From an uncultured delta proteobacterium (GTDB taxonomy: Bacteria; Myxococcota; Myxococcia; Myxococcales; Myxococcaceae): a stretch of 64,000 nt of DNA. A program made the position numbers and the translations under genes. The notes under the pieces were generated by a model that worked only from the letters and a program-made list of their open reading frames with translations, did not search any database and had not been told where the DNA came from. Each line of letters begins with the position of its first letter. The first letter of the stretch is position 1. The DNA lies in the NCBI GenBank assembly GCA_963796055.1, contig CAWCKH010000005.1, positions 52,779 to 116,778 of the forward strand. The letters run 5' to 3'. Shown here one piece after another: positions 1 through 9,647 of this stretch.

Positions 1-97
1 GGTTTCTCGGGCGGGGACACGCTGGTCGGCGATGGTACAGGCGGCCATCCGGGACGGGCAAGGAGACTCCCGCTCCGGGGGACGGCGGCGCGCGCCC

Positions 98-1822
98 TCA
101 GGCCACCCGTCGCGCACGCGAGACCGGCCGGGCGGCAGGCGGCACACCCGACTCCCGTGCAGCGCGCAGGAGCGCCTCGGCGGCGGCCAGCGCCTCGGCC
201 GTGACAATGGCGCCTGACATCATCCGGGCCAGCTCGCGGGTCCGCAGAGCAGAGTCGTCCAGGGCGTGCACGCGGGACCAGGTGCGACCCCGGGCGGAGG
301 TCTTCTCCACTACCAGGTGCGCATCGGCATGCGCGGCGACCTGCGGCAGATGGGTGATGCACAGGACCTGTCGGCCGGACGCCACCGCCCGCACCATCCG
401 TCCCACCACGTCCGCCACCGCCCCGCTCACCCCGGCGTCCGCCTCGTCGAGCACCACGGTGCCCGCCTCCTCCGGCCCCCCATGCGCCATGGACGTGCGC
501 TTGAGCGCCAGCCACAGCCGCGAGGCCTCCCCGCCCGAGGCCACGCGCGCCAGCGGACGCACCGGCTCGCCGGGGTTGGGGCCGAAGAGGAACTCGACCT
601 CGTCGGCGCCGTCCGCGCGCAGCACGTCCCGGGGGGCGAGCTGAACGGTGAACGCCGAACGTGGCAACGCCAGTCGCCCGAGCTCGCCGCCCATGGCCCG
701 CTCGAGCTGGCGCGCCGCTCGCTCGCGCTCCCTCCGCAAGGTCCGGGCCGCCTCCCAGGCGCGGACCTCGGCGGCGGCCCGCTCGGACTCGAGCGCCACC
801 AGCCGCTCGCGGCGCCCTTCCAGGCGGTCGCACTCGATGCGGAGCGCCTCGAGCCGTGCCGGCAGCCCGGCGACGTCCGTGCCGTGCTTCCTGGCCAGGC
901 GCCGGAGCGCATCGAGCCGTTCCTCCACCAGCGACAGACGCTCCGGGTCCGCCTCCAGCCCGTCCAGGTAGCGCCGCAGGCTGCGGAGCGCGTCGTCGAG
1001 GGCCGCGGCGGCCGAGACCACCGAGGCGGCGGCCTCGCCGAGATTCGGATCGGTCCGTGCAGCGTCCTCGAGCATCCGCGCCGCCCGCGCGGCGACGGTG
1101 CATACCCCCGCCTCGTCGCTCCCCAGCAGCGCCTCGGACTCGAGCGCCGCCGCCCGGAGCCGCTCCACCGCGGCGAGCCGTCTCCGCTCGGCCTCGAGCG
1201 CCGCCTCCTCGCCGGGGCCGGGCGCCAGCCGCTCCATCTCGTCCAGCTGGAAGCGAGCGAACTCCGCCCGCGCCTCCTGGGCCGCGGCATCCCCGCCGAG
1301 CGACTGTCGCTCGGCCTCCAGCGCCACCAGCGGCGTGTGCGCCACCCGGTAGGCCTCGAGCGCCGGGGCGACGCCTTCCCAGCGGTCCAGCGCCGCGCGG
1401 TGGGTGGCCGGCTCGAAGAGGCCCACGTGCGCGTGCTGCCCGGCGATGTCCAGCTCGCCACGCATCAGCTGGCCGAGCACTCCGACCGAGGCCAGCGCTC
1501 CGTTGACGTGCACCTTGCTCCGTCCTGCCCGCCCGACGACCCGCCGGAGCACCACCTCGTCCCCGTGGTCCGGCAGCCCGAGCGCCTCGAGCCTCTGTGC
1601 GAGCGCCGGCGTGCGCTGGAACACCGCCTCGACCACCGCCTCGTCGGCGCCGGACCGGACGCAGTCGGCGTCTGCCCGGGCCCCCACCAGGAGCCCGAGC
1701 GCATCGACGAGGATGCTCTTGCCGGCCCCGGTCTCCCCCGTGAGCACGGTGAGGCCGGGGCCGAAGCCGACCTCGACCTCCTCCACGACCGTGAAGTTCT
1801 CGATCCGCAGCGCGAGCAGCAT
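98..1822 (-). CDS. recN: DNA repair protein RecN
   Basis: 574 aa. N-terminal SMC-type Walker A (LTGETGAGKSILVDALGLL), long Ala/Glu/Arg-rich coiled-coil centre, C-terminal signature plus Walker B (SGGEASRLWLAL ... VLDEADAGVSG). Start moved from ORF-track 1894 to the in-frame ATG at 1822, which is preceded by GGAGG. Confidence 0.93.
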   Translation of the reverse strand: MLLALRIENFTVVEEVEVGFGPGLTVLTGETGAGKSILVDALGLLVGARADADCVRSGADEAVVEAVFQRTPALAQRLEALGLPDHGDEVVLRRVVGRAGRSKVHVNGALASVGVLGQLMRGELDIAGQHAHVGLFEPATHRAALDRWEGVAPALEAYRVAHTPLVALEAERQSLGGDAAAQEARAEFARFQLDEMERLAPGPGEEAALEAERRRLAAVERLRAAALESEALLGSDEAGVCTVAARAARMLEDAARTDPNLGEAAASVVSAAAALDDALRSLRRYLDGLEADPERLSLVEERLDALRRLARKHGTDVAGLPARLEALRIECDRLEGRRERLVALESERAAAEVRAWEAARTLRRERERAARQLERAMGGELGRLALPRSAFTVQLAPRDVLRADGADEVEFLFGPNPGEPVRPLARVASGGEASRLWLALKRTSMAHGGPEEAGTVVLDEADAGVSGAVADVVGRMVRAVASGRQVLCITHLPQVAAHADAHLVVEKTSARGRTWSRVHALDDSALRTRELARMMSGAIVTAEALAAAEALLRAARESGVPPAARPVSRARRVA

Positions 1823-1871
1823 CGGTACTGAACCTCCGTTCCGTACCGGAAGGTACCCCGACCCGCCGACA

Positions 1872-1888
1872 CTGTACAGGTTTTCAGG
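1872..1888 (+). promoter_or_regulatory. candidate LexA (SOS) operator upstream of recN
   Basis: CTGTACAGGTTTTCAGG matches 15 of 17 positions of the Myxococcus-type LexA box as I recall it (CTRHAMRYBYGTTCAGS). It lies 50-66 nt upstream of the recN start, and recN is a classical SOS gene. Confidence 0.35.
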
Positions 1889-1969
1889 GTCCAAGCGTGT
1901 CGCCAGCGACAGTCGCGTCCGGGGTCTTCCACGGGGGCGGGACCGGCATGCCGATGCCAGTCTCGGGGG

Positions 1970-4900
1970 TCAGTCCTCGGCGAACAACGTCTCGATGTCC
2001 TGCTCTGTCAGGCCTTCGGACAGCCCGCCGCCCGGGCCGAGGATGCCCTGGGCGAGCTCACGCTTTCGTTGCTGCAGGGCGAGGATCTTCTCCTCCACCG
2101 TGCCGCGGGTGATGAGCTTGTAGGCGATGACCGCCCGGGTCTGGCCGATCCGGTGGGTCCGGTCGGTGGCCTGGTCCTCCACCGCGGGGTTCCACCACGG
2201 ATCGTAGTGAATGACGTAGTCCGCCGCGGTCAGGTTCAGACCCGTCCCGCCGGCCTTGAGGCTGATGAAGAAGATCGGCGGACCGTCGTCGCGGTTGAAG
2301 GCGTCCACCCGCGCCATGCGGTCCCGCGTCCGGCCATCGAGCGAGAGGAAGGAGATCCCCCGTCCCTGCGCGTGCGCCTCGAGCAGCCGGAGCATCTCGG
2401 TGAACTGGCTGAAGACCAGCGCCCGGTGCCCCTCGGCGAGCAGGTCGTCCACCAGCTCGTCGAAGCGCTGCAGCTTCGCCGAGGGCGGCAGTGAGGCCGT
2501 GCCCGGCAGCTTGAGCAGCCGCGGATCGTTGCACACCTGCCGGAGGCGGAGCAGCGCGGCGAGGATGGACACCCGGGCGCGCTTGAAGCCCACCTTCTGG
2601 ATGCTCTCCTGCACCTTGGCCCGGCTCTCCTCGAGCACCTCGCGGTAGAGCGCCGCCTGGGCGGGCTCCATCTCGCAGTAGGCCACTGTCTCCGTCTTCG
2701 GCGGCAGGTCCTTGGCCACCTCGATCTTGAGCCGCCGCAGCACGAAGGGCTGCACCCGTCGCCGCAGCCGCTCGCGGGCCCCGAGGTCGGCCGCCACCTC
2801 GATGGGCTGCTCGTACCGCTCGGCGAAGTCCTCCTCGGCCCCGAGGAAACCGGGCATCAGGAAGTCGAAGATGCTCCACAGCTCGGACAGCCGGTTTTCC
2901 AGCGGGGTGCCGGTGAGCGCCAGCCGATGGTCGGCGGGGAGCGCCTTGCAGGCCTGCGCCGTCGCCGACCCGGCGTTCTTGATGTTCTGCGCCTCGTCGA
3001 GCAGCACGTAGCGCCAGCGGGTCTTCACCAGCTCGTCGCGGTCACGCCGGGCGAGCGCGTACGAGGTCAAGACGAGATCTGCGCCGGCCAGATCCTCCAC
3101 GCGCTCCCGCCGGTCCTGACCGTGCCAGACCGCCACACGCAGCCCCGGGGTGAAGCGCTCGGCCTCGCGCTGCCAGTTGGGGAGCACGCTGGTCGGGGCG
3201 ACCACCAGCGACGGCTGCCCTCCGCCCTCGGCGTTGCGCGCCTGCTGCAGCAGGGCGAGCGCCTGCACCGTCTTTCCCAGGCCCATGTCGTCGGCCAGGA
3301 TGCCGCCCAGCCCGTGGCGGTGGAGGAACCACAGCCAGGAGAGACCGTCCTCCTGGTAGTGGCGCAGGGTGGCGGTGAGACCTTCGGGCGCGGGCACCGC
3401 CGGGATGCGCGACAGCTCCTTGAACTCGGTGATGGCGGTGCGGGCGCGGGACTCGAAGCGAGCCCCCTCGCCCAGGGCGGTGAGCGCATCCAGCGCCCCG
3501 GCCTGGTACGGCGGCAGCTCGGTCCGCGCCTTGCCGGGGAGCGCGCCGGCCTCCTCGAGCAGGTCCGCGGCCTGGGTCAGCTCGTCCCGGTCCGCCTCGG
3601 CGTAGCTACCGTCCGGGAGCGGGATGAAGCGCCTGCCGGAGCGGAGCCACAGCCGGACTGCGCCCAGGTCCACCGTCTGCTCGTCCGCCTCGAAGCGCGC
3701 GTCGAGCTCGAACCACCCGTTGTTCCCGGCCGCGACCCGGACCTTCGGCCGGAGCTTCCGGCGCATCCGGATCTTCGGCGCCCTGGCCAGGAAACGCTCC
3801 CAGTCGGCGGGAAGCGTGCCGAGACCGGTGCTCCAGAAGGCCACCGCGGCGTCACCGGTGGCCTCGTACGCGCTGCCCTGCGAGTCGTACTTGAAACCGA
3901 GGGTGAGCAGCGCCTGGCCCGCCTCGCGCTCGGCGGCCTCCTGCCGGCGGTAGAGCGTGCGGCCCTGGCTGCCCGGGGAGGCGGCGTAGCCCAGGTGAAC
4001 CGCAGTGGGCGAGACCGGCACCGTGGCCGTCCCGTAGCGTGCGGCGAGCTGCGCCCGCGCCTTCTCCGCCGAGCCCTCCAGGCTGAGGAGGAAGACCGGC
4101 CGCTGGTCCTCGACCACGTCCAGCCCGTCCGCCCGCAGGCGGAGGTCGATGCGCGGCAGGTGCGCGGCGAAGAACGAGAGCGCCCGCTCCACCTGGCCGG
4201 TGGGGAAGGTCATGCTCGGCTCCCGCAGCCACGCCCGCCACATGCGCGCCGGGAGGTCGGGCTCGAGCGCGTACGCGCTCTGTCCCTCCAGCAGCACCGT
4301 GGTCCGCCGGCCGATGAGGAGCAGGGAGGTGTCGAACCCGGTGGTCCGGCAGTCCGGCAGCTGGAACTCGATGCGCGCCCGGGCCCCGCCCGCGGTGGAC
4401 GAGAGGTGAATCTGTGGCCTCGCCGGCTCGGCCGGGAACTGGAGCGCGGTGCCCCGGTACACCACCCGCCGCGTCCGGAGCAGGGGAAGGAGGTCCGCCA
4501 CGTCGTCGTCGCTGAGGATGAACTTGCCGTCGAACCGGCTCTCGTGACGGGCGAGCTCGCCGAAGATCCGCTCGTCGGCAGGGGACAGCCTGGTGCCACC
4601 GGAGAGGAAGCGCTTCACCGACAGCGGCCCACCGTCCTTCCCGTCGCGCCGCCGGACGTCGAAGAGCCAGGAGCGCCCCGACGCCCGCAGGTGGGCCGGG
4701 GCGAGCCGGTAAACGAACGAGGGCTCCCCGGCCGCGGAGACGCCCAGCCACGACTCGAGCTTGGCCAGCGCCGGAAGGCTGACCACGTCGGCCGGGCGCC
4801 CCGGCTCCGGAGGGCGCGGAGCCCCGAGGCTCTCGGGCTGGTCGGCGTGGGCGAGGGCAACCACATGCTTGCAGTGCGGACCGCCATACTCACCCCAGGC

Positions 4901-5155
4901 TGGACAGCTGCACCGGGACCGGACCGTCCCCTCCGGGGTGAGGCCGACCTCCACCTGGTAGACCTCGCCCGCGCTGCCCGCCACCTCGCCCCGGCGCAGG
5001 CCGTCCTCGTCGTTCGACCAGCGCTTCACCCGACCCTCGCGCGCGACGTCCCGGCCCTTCTTGAAGGTGGTGGGCTGGACCTCGTTGCGGAGCGCCTCGA
5101 TCAGCGCGTGGGGGTTGCTCGCAGGGGCTGAATCTGGCTCGGGCAGGGGATCCAC
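1970..5155 (-). CDS. SNF2-family helicase/ATPase with N-terminal SWIM zinc finger
   Basis: 1061 aa. SWIM CxCxnCxH motif (CSCPAWGEYGGPHCKHV) near the N-terminus. SNF2 ATPase motifs ILADDMGLGKT and LLDEAQNIKN. Helicase-C motifs (GGTGLNLTAADYVIHYDPWWNPAVEDQATDRTHRIGQ). Confidence 0.9.
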   Translation of the reverse strand: MDPLPEPDSAPASNPHALIEALRNEVQPTTFKKGRDVAREGRVKRWSNDEDGLRRGEVAGSAGEVYQVEVGLTPEGTVRSRCSCPAWGEYGGPHCKHVVALAHADQPESLGAPRPPEPGRPADVVSLPALAKLESWLGVSAAGEPSFVYRLAPAHLRASGRSWLFDVRRRDGKDGGPLSVKRFLSGGTRLSPADERIFGELARHESRFDGKFILSDDDVADLLPLLRTRRVVYRGTALQFPAEPARPQIHLSSTAGGARARIEFQLPDCRTTGFDTSLLLIGRRTTVLLEGQSAYALEPDLPARMWRAWLREPSMTFPTGQVERALSFFAAHLPRIDLRLRADGLDVVEDQRPVFLLSLEGSAEKARAQLAARYGTATVPVSPTAVHLGYAASPGSQGRTLYRRQEAAEREAGQALLTLGFKYDSQGSAYEATGDAAVAFWSTGLGTLPADWERFLARAPKIRMRRKLRPKVRVAAGNNGWFELDARFEADEQTVDLGAVRLWLRSGRRFIPLPDGSYAEADRDELTQAADLLEEAGALPGKARTELPPYQAGALDALTALGEGARFESRARTAITEFKELSRIPAVPAPEGLTATLRHYQEDGLSWLWFLHRHGLGGILADDMGLGKTVQALALLQQARNAEGGGQPSLVVAPTSVLPNWQREAERFTPGLRVAVWHGQDRRERVEDLAGADLVLTSYALARRDRDELVKTRWRYVLLDEAQNIKNAGSATAQACKALPADHRLALTGTPLENRLSELWSIFDFLMPGFLGAEEDFAERYEQPIEVAADLGARERLRRRVQPFVLRRLKIEVAKDLPPKTETVAYCEMEPAQAALYREVLEESRAKVQESIQKVGFKRARVSILAALLRLRQVCNDPRLLKLPGTASLPPSAKLQRFDELVDDLLAEGHRALVFSQFTEMLRLLEAHAQGRGISFLSLDGRTRDRMARVDAFNRDDGPPIFFISLKAGGTGLNLTAADYVIHYDPWWNPAVEDQATDRTHRIGQTRAVIAYKLITRGTVEEKILALQQRKRELAQGILGPGGGLSEGLTEQDIETLFAED

Positions 5156-5248
5156 GGCGAACCCAAAGAGCTAACACGGGAATGTGCCCTCCGCCCGTGT
5201 CATCCACGTCGCGGTCGCCGGACGTTCGGGGTAGACCAGGGAAGGTCC

Positions 5249-6766
5249 ATGCCCCTCGCGGCCCCGGCGCCCCACCCCTCGGCTCCCCCCGTGCCCGCCG
5301 AGCGCCCGGTCCGGTTCCGCGCGCTGGCCTGGACCAGCGGGCTCCTGGCCGTCCTCACCGGCGCCCGGCTGCTCGTCGAGGCGTTCAGCCGCAACCGGCT
5401 CCTGCTGGACCACCCGTCCGGAGCGTGGGCGACGCTCGCCGACGATCTGCTGCACGGCACGTTCTACCGCCCGGTGGAGTCGTCGCTGGGCTGGGGAGGA
5501 ACGCGCTACCCGCCGCTCTATCCGGTGCTGTACGCGGGGGTGGGCCGGGTCCTCGGCTCCCTTCCGCCCGCTGCCGAGCTGCTGGAGCTGCTCTCGCTGG
5601 TGGCCCTGGTGGGGTGCACCTTCCTGCTCCTCGAGCGCGTCGGGGTCCGGCGACGGCTGGCGCTGCCGGGCGCGCTGGTGGTGCTGGCGCTCGTTCCGGT
5701 GCAGAGCTTGCTCGGCCTGGGGAAGGCGGACCTCCTGGCCTCGGCGCTGTCGATGGCCGGGCTGGTGGTCGCCACCCGAGAGGGCACGTGCCGGCGGGAG
5801 GTGGCAACCGCCCTGCTCTTCTCGCTCGCGGTGCTGACCAAGTGGACGGTGGTGGGAGGACTGCTGGCCTGGGTGACGCACGCGTGGGTCCACGGCCGGC
5901 GTCGGGCGGCCCTCGAACGGGCGGCGCTGGTGGGCGGCATGCTCGCGGTCGGCATCGGGGCCGCGCAGCTCGGCAGCGGGGGCGAGATGCTGCGCCAGCT
6001 GCGCGACTGCGCCGGCGGCGGCGGTGGCCCGCTGGGGCTGCTCACCGCGCCGAACGAGTTTCTCCAGAAGGCAGATCCCGTGGACCTGGCCCTCCTCGTC
6101 CTCACCGCCGGCGCCCTCGCCACTGCCGCCCCCGGCAGCTGGCGCATGCTCCCCGTCCTGGCGTTCCTCTGGACCTCGCTCTGCACCCTGGTGCTGTTCG
6201 CCTCCCCGGGGATCGCAGAGAACCACCTGCTGGACCTGACGGTGCTCGGGCTGGTGGTCTTCCTGATGCTCGTCGACCAGGGCGCGGTGCCCGCCCGGTT
6301 CGCCGCCGTCGTCCTGCCGCTGTACACCGTCCTGGCGGTCAGCCGGTTCGCGCCGGAGGTCGTGGAGGGGCTGACCAGGACCCCCCCACCCGCCGAGGTG
6401 CTGGGCCGGCTGGGCTCCCCCGCCGAGGGACCGCTCCTGGCCGAGAACCCGTGGGTGCCGCTCCTCGCCGGCGAGCGGCCGGTGCTGGCGGATGCCTTCA
6501 GCTTCCGCTTCCTGGCGCTGAAGCATCCCGAGCTCATGCGACATCTGGTGAACGATCTCGAGTCACATCGGTTCCGCGCGGTCGTGCTCCGCATGCCGGT
6601 GGACGACCCGGACGGGCGCGACTGGTACGAGGGGACGCACTTCGGCCCGGGCTTCGTCCAGGCACTGAGACGTTCGTACACGAAAGTCGCGAGCTTCCGG
6701 ACCAAGCCGCGGGCTTACTGGACGCATGACATCTGGGTGCCTCGCCGGACGGGAACGTCGCGCTAG
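5249..6766 (+). CDS. polytopic membrane protein, GT-C-like (putative glycosyltransferase)
   Basis: 505-aa ORF with many hydrophobic spans followed by a roughly 120-aa soluble C-terminus. Overall look of GT-C/DUF2029-type enzymes, but I cannot name a diagnostic motif. Its stop overlaps the stop of the convergent gene within CTAG at 6763-6766. Confidence 0.6.
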   Translation: MPLAAPAPHPSAPPVPAERPVRFRALAWTSGLLAVLTGARLLVEAFSRNRLLLDHPSGAWATLADDLLHGTFYRPVESSLGWGGTRYPPLYPVLYAGVGRVLGSLPPAAELLELLSLVALVGCTFLLLERVGVRRRLALPGALVVLALVPVQSLLGLGKADLLASALSMAGLVVATREGTCRREVATALLFSLAVLTKWTVVGGLLAWVTHAWVHGRRRAALERAALVGGMLAVGIGAAQLGSGGEMLRQLRDCAGGGGGPLGLLTAPNEFLQKADPVDLALLVLTAGALATAAPGSWRMLPVLAFLWTSLCTLVLFASPGIAENHLLDLTVLGLVVFLMLVDQGAVPARFAAVVLPLYTVLAVSRFAPEVVEGLTRTPPPAEVLGRLGSPAEGPLLAENPWVPLLAGERPVLADAFSFRFLALKHPELMRHLVNDLESHRFRAVVLRMPVDDPDGRDWYEGTHFGPGFVQALRRSYTKVASFRTKPRAYWTHDIWVPRRTGTSR

Positions 6767-8079
6767 AGGTAGAGCGCCAGGTACGCTGCCCCCACCAGGT
6801 AGATCGCCACCGACAGCCCGAGCGCGACGGCGATCGACCTCGGTCGCCACCGCGAGAGCCCCATCGCGGTCAGCAGGATCAGCGGGACGGTGAAGTCGAG
6901 CGTGTACCGCGGCCCCCACTGCACGTACCCGGTGCCCATCACCAGCAAGATCGGGACGGCGGTCAGCAAGATCGAGACGACCAGCGCGCGCACCGAGCCC
7001 GGCGGACCGCGGCGTGCCCAGAACGCGGCGAGGAAGAGCGGCGTCATCCAGAACAGGCCGCCGCCCTGGAGGCTCTCGAAGCCGGGAACGAGCGGATAGG
7101 TGAGCAGCTCGTAGAAGACGTTGCGCGGCAGGTAGTGAAGGCTGAACAGCCCGTGGCGGGCGTGGGCCTCGACGAACGCCCCGCCCATCCGGTGAAAGCG
7201 GATCCCGCTCTCGAGGATGGAGCCGAACCGCGCCTGATCGTAAAGGCCGAGGAGCGCGAGGGTGGCGAGCACCGGGAGCGCTCCTGCCCCGAGCACCGCC
7301 GCGCGTCGTCTCGCCCCGGTCGCCCGTGACAGCAGCGCCCAGGCCGGCCAGACGCCGGCGAGGATCAGGTGGGTCCGGGTGGCGAGGGCGGCGGAGAGCG
7401 CCAGTCCCGCCAGGAGCGCCCCCAGCGCGCCGCGCATCCGGATGGCGGCGAGGTACGCCAGGCCGAGCGCGGCGAAGCCGACCAGCTGCCCGGTGAACCA
7501 CACCCGACCGAACGGGGCGAGGGTGCAGTGCACCGACCCGAAGGCGAAGCAGGCGACCAGCGCGCCGCGGCGCACCCGGTCGAGCCGGAGCCAGCGCCCC
7601 GCGACCGCCGCCCGGAGCAGCGCGGCGACGAGGGCCACGTCGAGCGCCCCGAGCACCACCGTGAATCCGACGTCGCTGAAGCGCACGCCCCACAGCGCGA
7701 CGAAGGGGAGCAGGAGCAGGGCGGGAAGCGGCCCCCAGTAGAGGTACGTCTTTCCGTCCACCACGCTCAGGTCGTGGACGTCCGGCGGACGGAGCCGGAG
7801 GCTCGTCTGAGCGTGCAGGAAGGCGTCAGCGAGGTAGCCGTAGTACGGGAACGGGGAGACGCCACGCGGGTCGCCGTGCCACAGGGCGAAGGCGGCGTAG
7901 ACGACCAGCGCCGCCGCCGCGGCGATCCAGGGACGGTCGGCGAGCGCGATCGCCTTCCAGAGGGCTACCGGACGCCAGCCTCCCCGGACCGACATCGCCT
8001 GTCCGCTCGACCGCGCCAAGGCCGGACCCGGTCCACCGGGAGCACCGCGGTCCGGCGACGTGCTCACCGGGCCACTCAT
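6763..8079 (-). CDS. GT-C family glycosyltransferase (ArnT/PMT-like)
   Basis: 438 aa. Start set at ATG 8079, which forms an ATGA overlap with the upstream stop at 8076; the ORF track starts at 8283. Multi-span protein with an ArnT/PMT-like first periplasmic loop (YYGYLADAFLHAQTSL ... VVDGKTYLYWGPLPALLLLPF). Confidence 0.7.
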   Translation of the reverse strand: MSGPVSTSPDRGAPGGPGPALARSSGQAMSVRGGWRPVALWKAIALADRPWIAAAAALVVYAAFALWHGDPRGVSPFPYYGYLADAFLHAQTSLRLRPPDVHDLSVVDGKTYLYWGPLPALLLLPFVALWGVRFSDVGFTVVLGALDVALVAALLRAAVAGRWLRLDRVRRGALVACFAFGSVHCTLAPFGRVWFTGQLVGFAALGLAYLAAIRMRGALGALLAGLALSAALATRTHLILAGVWPAWALLSRATGARRRAAVLGAGALPVLATLALLGLYDQARFGSILESGIRFHRMGGAFVEAHARHGLFSLHYLPRNVFYELLTYPLVPGFESLQGGGLFWMTPLFLAAFWARRGPPGSVRALVVSILLTAVPILLVMGTGYVQWGPRYTLDFTVPLILLTAMGLSRWRPRSIAVALGLSVAIYLVGAAYLALYL

Positions 8080-9647
8080 CGCGCCGCCTTGACGTAGAGC
8101 ACCAGCGGCCCCTGCACGAAGGCGCGGTGGAAGCTCGGCGGCACCAGCTCGGCGAACCCGGGCTGCTCGTCCCAGGTGAGTAAGTGGTCGAACCGGGGCT
8201 CGGCGATGGCCCAGAACCGGCGCCAGCGCTCCTCGAAGCGCCGGCGGCACTCCGGACTTCCCGGCGGAGGGCCGTCGCCGCACACCGCCTCGGGCGATTT
8301 GTTCGACCTCGCCATCTCGTCGAGGGCCGGTGGGAGCAGCTCGGGCGGTTCCCAGCGCACGTAGGTGAGTGGGTAGCTGCGCTCCACCGCGAAGAGGAGC
8401 GGCGCCGTCGTCCGCCGGGCGAGCACGTAGCAGCCCCAGGCGTGCTTGAGCGGCTCGGTGAACGGGGCGCTCCCGTTGTGCTCGAAGACCAGCGGCAACA
8501 GCCGCGCGCCCACCGCCACGTGGGGGATGGCGGCGCAGAACGCCTGCCGCTCGTGCTCCAGCCGCCGGTAGTCCACGGTCATCGCCGCGGCGTAGAGCAC
8601 CGCCGCGGCGGCGAGCCCGCGGACGAGCGGGCGCGGCATCGCCTCAGGCGCGCGCACCAGCAGGCCGGTCCAGAGGAACGGAATCACCCGGGCGTTGAAC
8701 AGGCCCCAGTTGCTCTGGGAGGCGGGCAGCGCGAAGTACATCAGGAAGAGCAGTGCCATCGCCGGCCAGCGGAAATAGGGAACCGGGCGACCCCGCTCGC
8801 GCCACGCGGACACGGCCAGCACCGCGGCCGGGAGCAGCGCCGTCGCCTCCAGCCAGCTCAGACCGGCGGGCCCGTGCGACCAGAGCTGGGAGAGCGTCCG
8901 GAGCGGCGGGAGGTAGAGGATGCCCGCCTCGAGCAGCGGCGGACGAGCCTCGGGCTTGAGCCAGTGGACCGCGGCGGTGGCCATCGACAGGAGCAGCGCC
9001 GGCACGAAGGGGCCAACCGCGCCGACCAGGCGCCCGGGCCAGAGCCGCCGGGGAACGGTCAGTAGCAGTTCGAGGCCGACCAGCCCCGTGGCCATGGTGA
9101 TGGGGAACGGGTGCCCGTACCAGGCGGCGACGCCCAGCGTCGCGAGGCCCAGCGTCTTTCCCGGGCCCGGGGCGCGCGCGCGGAGGTGGGCGAGGGCCAG
9201 TGCCCCGATCGCGCCGGCCGTCCCCACCGAGAAGTTGAGCAGCCCCACCGGCACGAAGAATCCATGCACCATCGGCCAGGCGAGGAGCGTCACCGCAGGC
9301 AGGCGCTCCGGCCCGGCGAGGCTCCAGCCCAGCCAGGCCAGCGCGGTTGCCATCGCCAGCAGTGTCAGGGCGACGAAGAGCCGCGCCGCTCCCACGAGCC
9401 CCAGCGGGCGGGCCACCACGTGAAGCCACAGGGCGAGCAGCGCGTTGGAGCGGAGGAAGCCGTTCGCCTGGAGGTCGGGGTAGTCGGCCAGGTGCTCGGC
9501 GATGAAGGCGCTGGCGAGGTGGTTGGGGAGATCCTGCAACGGAGGCACGGTGCCGAGGAGCAGCGGCACGGCGGCGACCACGAACAGGGCGAAGGCGGCC
9601 CGGCCGGGGCGGCCGAACCAGCGCTGGGGCCAGACGTCCGTCGTCAT
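8076..9647 (-). CDS. polytopic membrane protein of unknown function (possible GT-C-type enzyme)
   Basis: 523 aa starting MTTDVWPQRWF at ATG 9647, which forms an ATGA overlap with the GT2 stop at 9644. The 850-aa ORF-track entry 8076..10628 reads through the GT2 gene in another frame. About 10 hydrophobic spans plus a roughly 150-aa soluble C-terminal domain. Confidence 0.7.
   Translation of the reverse strand: MTTDVWPQRWFGRPGRAAFALFVVAAVPLLLGTVPPLQDLPNHLASAFIAEHLADYPDLQANGFLRSNALLALWLHVVARPLGLVGAARLFVALTLLAMATALAWLGWSLAGPERLPAVTLLAWPMVHGFFVPVGLLNFSVGTAGAIGALALAHLRARAPGPGKTLGLATLGVAAWYGHPFPITMATGLVGLELLLTVPRRLWPGRLVGAVGPFVPALLLSMATAAVHWLKPEARPPLLEAGILYLPPLRTLSQLWSHGPAGLSWLEATALLPAAVLAVSAWRERGRPVPYFRWPAMALLFLMYFALPASQSNWGLFNARVIPFLWTGLLVRAPEAMPRPLVRGLAAAAVLYAAAMTVDYRRLEHERQAFCAAIPHVAVGARLLPLVFEHNGSAPFTEPLKHAWGCYVLARRTTAPLLFAVERSYPLTYVRWEPPELLPPALDEMARSNKSPEAVCGDGPPPGSPECRRRFEERWRRFWAIAEPRFDHLLTWDEQPGFAELVPPSFHRAFVQGPLVLYVKAAR

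Noticed and set aside
1823-1845. Second LexA-like site (GGAACGGAGGTTCAGTACC on the recN strand)
   Set aside because: It matches only 12 of 17 positions of the recalled consensus. The GGAGG within it is better explained as the recN ribosome-binding site directly before ATG 1822.
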